A stretch of DNA of 64,000 nucleotides from Ranitomeya imitator (lineage: Eukaryota): NCBI RefSeq assembly GCF_032444005.1, contig NC_091287.1, positions 418,066,001 to 418,130,000 of the forward strand, in the 5' to 3' direction. The notes beneath the pieces were generated by a model. It worked only from the letters and a program-made list of their open reading frames with translations. It was not told the DNA's origin and ran no database searches. Numbering within the stretch: position 1 is the first letter of the stretch; each line of letters opens with the position of its first letter. Both the position numbers and the translations under genes were made by a program. This document shows, piece by piece, positions 61,401-64,000 of the stretch.

Positions 61401-62834
61401 CATGTGAAAATGAAAAAATTGAGGCGAAAATAATTTTTTTGTGAAAAAAAAAGTACTTTTTCATTTTTACAGATCAATTTGTGAAGCACCTGAGGGTTTA
61501 AAGTGCTCACTAGGCATCTAAATAAGTTCCTTGGGGGGTCTAGTTTCCAAAATGGGGTCACTTGTGGGGGAGCGCCAATGTTTAGGCACACAGGAGCTAT
61601 CCAAACGCGACATGGTGTCCGCTAACGATGGAAATAATTTTTCATTCAAAAAGTCAAATGGCGCTCCTTCCCTTCCGAGCCTTACCATGTGCCCAAACAG
61701 TGGTTTACCCCCACATGTGAGGTATTGGTGTACTCAGGAGAAATTGCCCAACACATTTTAGGATCCATTTTATCCTGTTGCCCATGTGAAAATGAAAAAA
61801 TTGAGGCTAAAAGAATTTTTTTGTGAAAAAAAAAGTACTTTTTCATTTTTACGGATCAATTTGTGAAGCACCTGGGGGTTCAAAGTGCTCACTATGCATC
61901 TAGATAAGTTCCTTGGGATGTCTAGTTTCCAAAATGGGGTCACTTGTGGGGGAGCTCCAATTTTTAGGCACACGGGGGCTTTCCAAACGTAACATGGTGT
62001 CCGCTAAAGAGTGGAGCCAATTTTTGATTCAAAAAGTCAAATGGCGCTCCTTCCCTTCCAAGCCCTGCCGTGCGCCCAAACAGTGGTTTACCCCCACATA
62101 TGAGGTATCAGCGTACTCAGGACAAATTGGACAACAACTTTCGTTGTTCAGTTTCTCCTTTTACCATTGGGAAAATAAAAAAATTGTTGCTAAAAGATAA
62201 TTTTTGTGACTAAAAAGTTAAATGTTCATTTTTTTCCTTCCATGTTGCTTCTGCTGCTGTGAAGCACCTGAAGGGTTAATAAACTTCTTGAATGTGGTTT
62301 TGAGTACCTTGAGGGGTGCAGTTTTTAGAATGGTGTCACTTTTGGGTATTTTCAGCCATATAGACCCCTCAAACTGACTTCAAATGTGAGGTGGTCCCTA
62401 AAAAAAATGGTTTTGTAAATTTCGTTGTAAAAATGACAAATCGCTGGTCAAATTTTAACCCTTATAACTTCCTAACAAAAAAAAATTTTGTTTCCAAAAT
62501 TGTGCTGATGTAAAGTAAACATGTGGGAAATGTTATTTATTAACTATTTTGTGTCACATATCTCTCTGGTTTAACAGAATAAAAATTCAAAATGTGAAAA
62601 TTGCAAAATTTTCAAAATTTTCGCCAAATTTCCGTTTTTATCACAAATAAACGCAGAATTTATTGACCTAAATTTACCACTAACATGAAGCCCAATATGT
62701 CACGAAAAAACAATCTCAGAACCGCTAGGATCCGTTGAAGCGTTCCTGAGTTATTACCTCATAAAGGGACACTGGTCAGAATTGCAAAAAACGGCAAGGT
62801 CTTTAAGGTCAAAATAGGCTGGGTCATGAAGGGG
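58496..62834. mobile_element. Non-autonomous piggyBac-type composite element, copy 2
   Basis: TTAA TSD at 58492-95 and 62835-38. Same ends and interior as copy 1, with more tandem units. Contains an N-gap. Confidence 0.8.
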
Positions 62835-64000
62835 TTAAAAATGTAAAATATGACCATATTTATTTTTTTGTCTAAAATACAAACGGAAATGTGTCATCTT
62901 TAACTTTAGGCCTTTTAGCGACAATTTCATCTTCAGCTATTCAGCTAGCTTAACTGTTCACAATAAGTCATTTTGACCAGGGGTGCCCAAAGTTTTACGT
63001 GCCACTGTCTAAAAATTTAAAACACATTCTAGTGATATGGATGTGATGAAACTATCTTGGCATGTGTCATGTGGTCCGCAATTGGGGAAAAAAAATAAAG
63101 AACAACATTCTTTAGTGCAGTAGACTGTGCTTATAGCATCACTCCAGCGTTTTGTTTTTGTTTTTTTCCCAGCTCTGGAGTGGTGCTTTAAAGCTAAGTT
63201 TTCTGCCATACTCTTATACTCGCCCTCTGGCATCTTCACCTTTTTTTTCAGTTCCGTGGCGCCATCTTCTGACTTGCTGTCCATTCAGAAGCTGTGGTCA
63301 CAGGTTGCACCACAAGCTCTCAATGCCAGTCCATGATAGCCAGAACAAGACCCTCGTAGACATGTATTGAGTTATGACCCCCGAATCGCTCCAGCAAATA
63401 ACAAACTGCAGGAGACTGATGGGAGGGGCAGTGATAACAGATAAAGACACTGGAAGGTGAGTATAAGACAGGGGGCTGGGGACTGATATTTAAAGCACCA
63501 CTCCAGCGGCATAATATGGTAAAAATGCTAGAGTGGTGCTTTAAGCTGCATGTTCCATTGACTTCATGAAAAGGAGACTCTGTAGCATATTTTGTTCATG
63601 TTATAGCTGAACAATGTTGCCTATCTTGCCTAGCCGCCTGGTTGTATACTGTGGAAATTTTGATGGATATCTATATATTATATACATTTGTGTGCATTGT
63701 CATCTATATATGCCTTAGAGGTACCTATTTTTATTTGTATCTGTTTTGCAAAAATTAATAGCTCACAAATATATGTTGCTTTATATCTGCGTAGTTTGTA
63801 AACCAGTGTCTCAAAGTTAGAGGAGAGGAGGGAGATGCAGCTGCCTAAATGGGAGTGGTAAAGAACAGGGGGGCAACTAAAAATGGCACACTGCTTGGCA
63901 ATTGCAGTGCATCACTTCGAAACGAGCACACCCACTCTACCAGCAGAGCGAGAAAACTGACCAACAGAGCAGAATAAATCTTACAATTTGCACATTAGAT

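Noticed and set aside
60430-62400. Regularly spaced repeats that could suggest a CRISPR array
   Set aside because: The whole ~385-bp unit is repeated, with no unique spacers and no cas genes, in a eukaryotic context. The same applies to the 49-bp repeat at 24546.

Overview
Eukaryotic vertebrate genomic DNA, most likely anuran (frog), inferred from the TTAA-targeting T2/Kolobok-type and piggyBac-type repeats and the frog-like LINEs. It has three N-gaps (21107-21354, 26358-26676, 59396-59556). The only host gene I can support is the first coding exon of MAPRE2 (EB2) at 29938-30059 (+), with a motif-rich promoter upstream. I found no exon 2, so 30060-64000 is probably intron 1. The rest is a dense, often nested transposon landscape: a near-complete two-gene PIF/Harbinger element (22915-27695) with a disrupted transposase and a multi-exon MADF/BESS-like partner, many Harbinger MITEs (some sharing its TIRs), four decayed Tc1 elements, CR1 and L2 LINE fragments, a Helitron, hAT and Kolobok MITEs, and two copies of a composite piggyBac-type element carrying telomere-like repeats. 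The most unexpected signal is a complete type I hammerhead ribozyme core (49317-49361). It lies in a 216-bp insertion with a 12-bp flanking direct repeat, in the sense orientation of the MAPRE2 intron. Further variant or degenerate hammerhead-like, Penelope-type termini lie at about 39370-39420 and 58112-58240. All calls were made by eye; no database searches were run.
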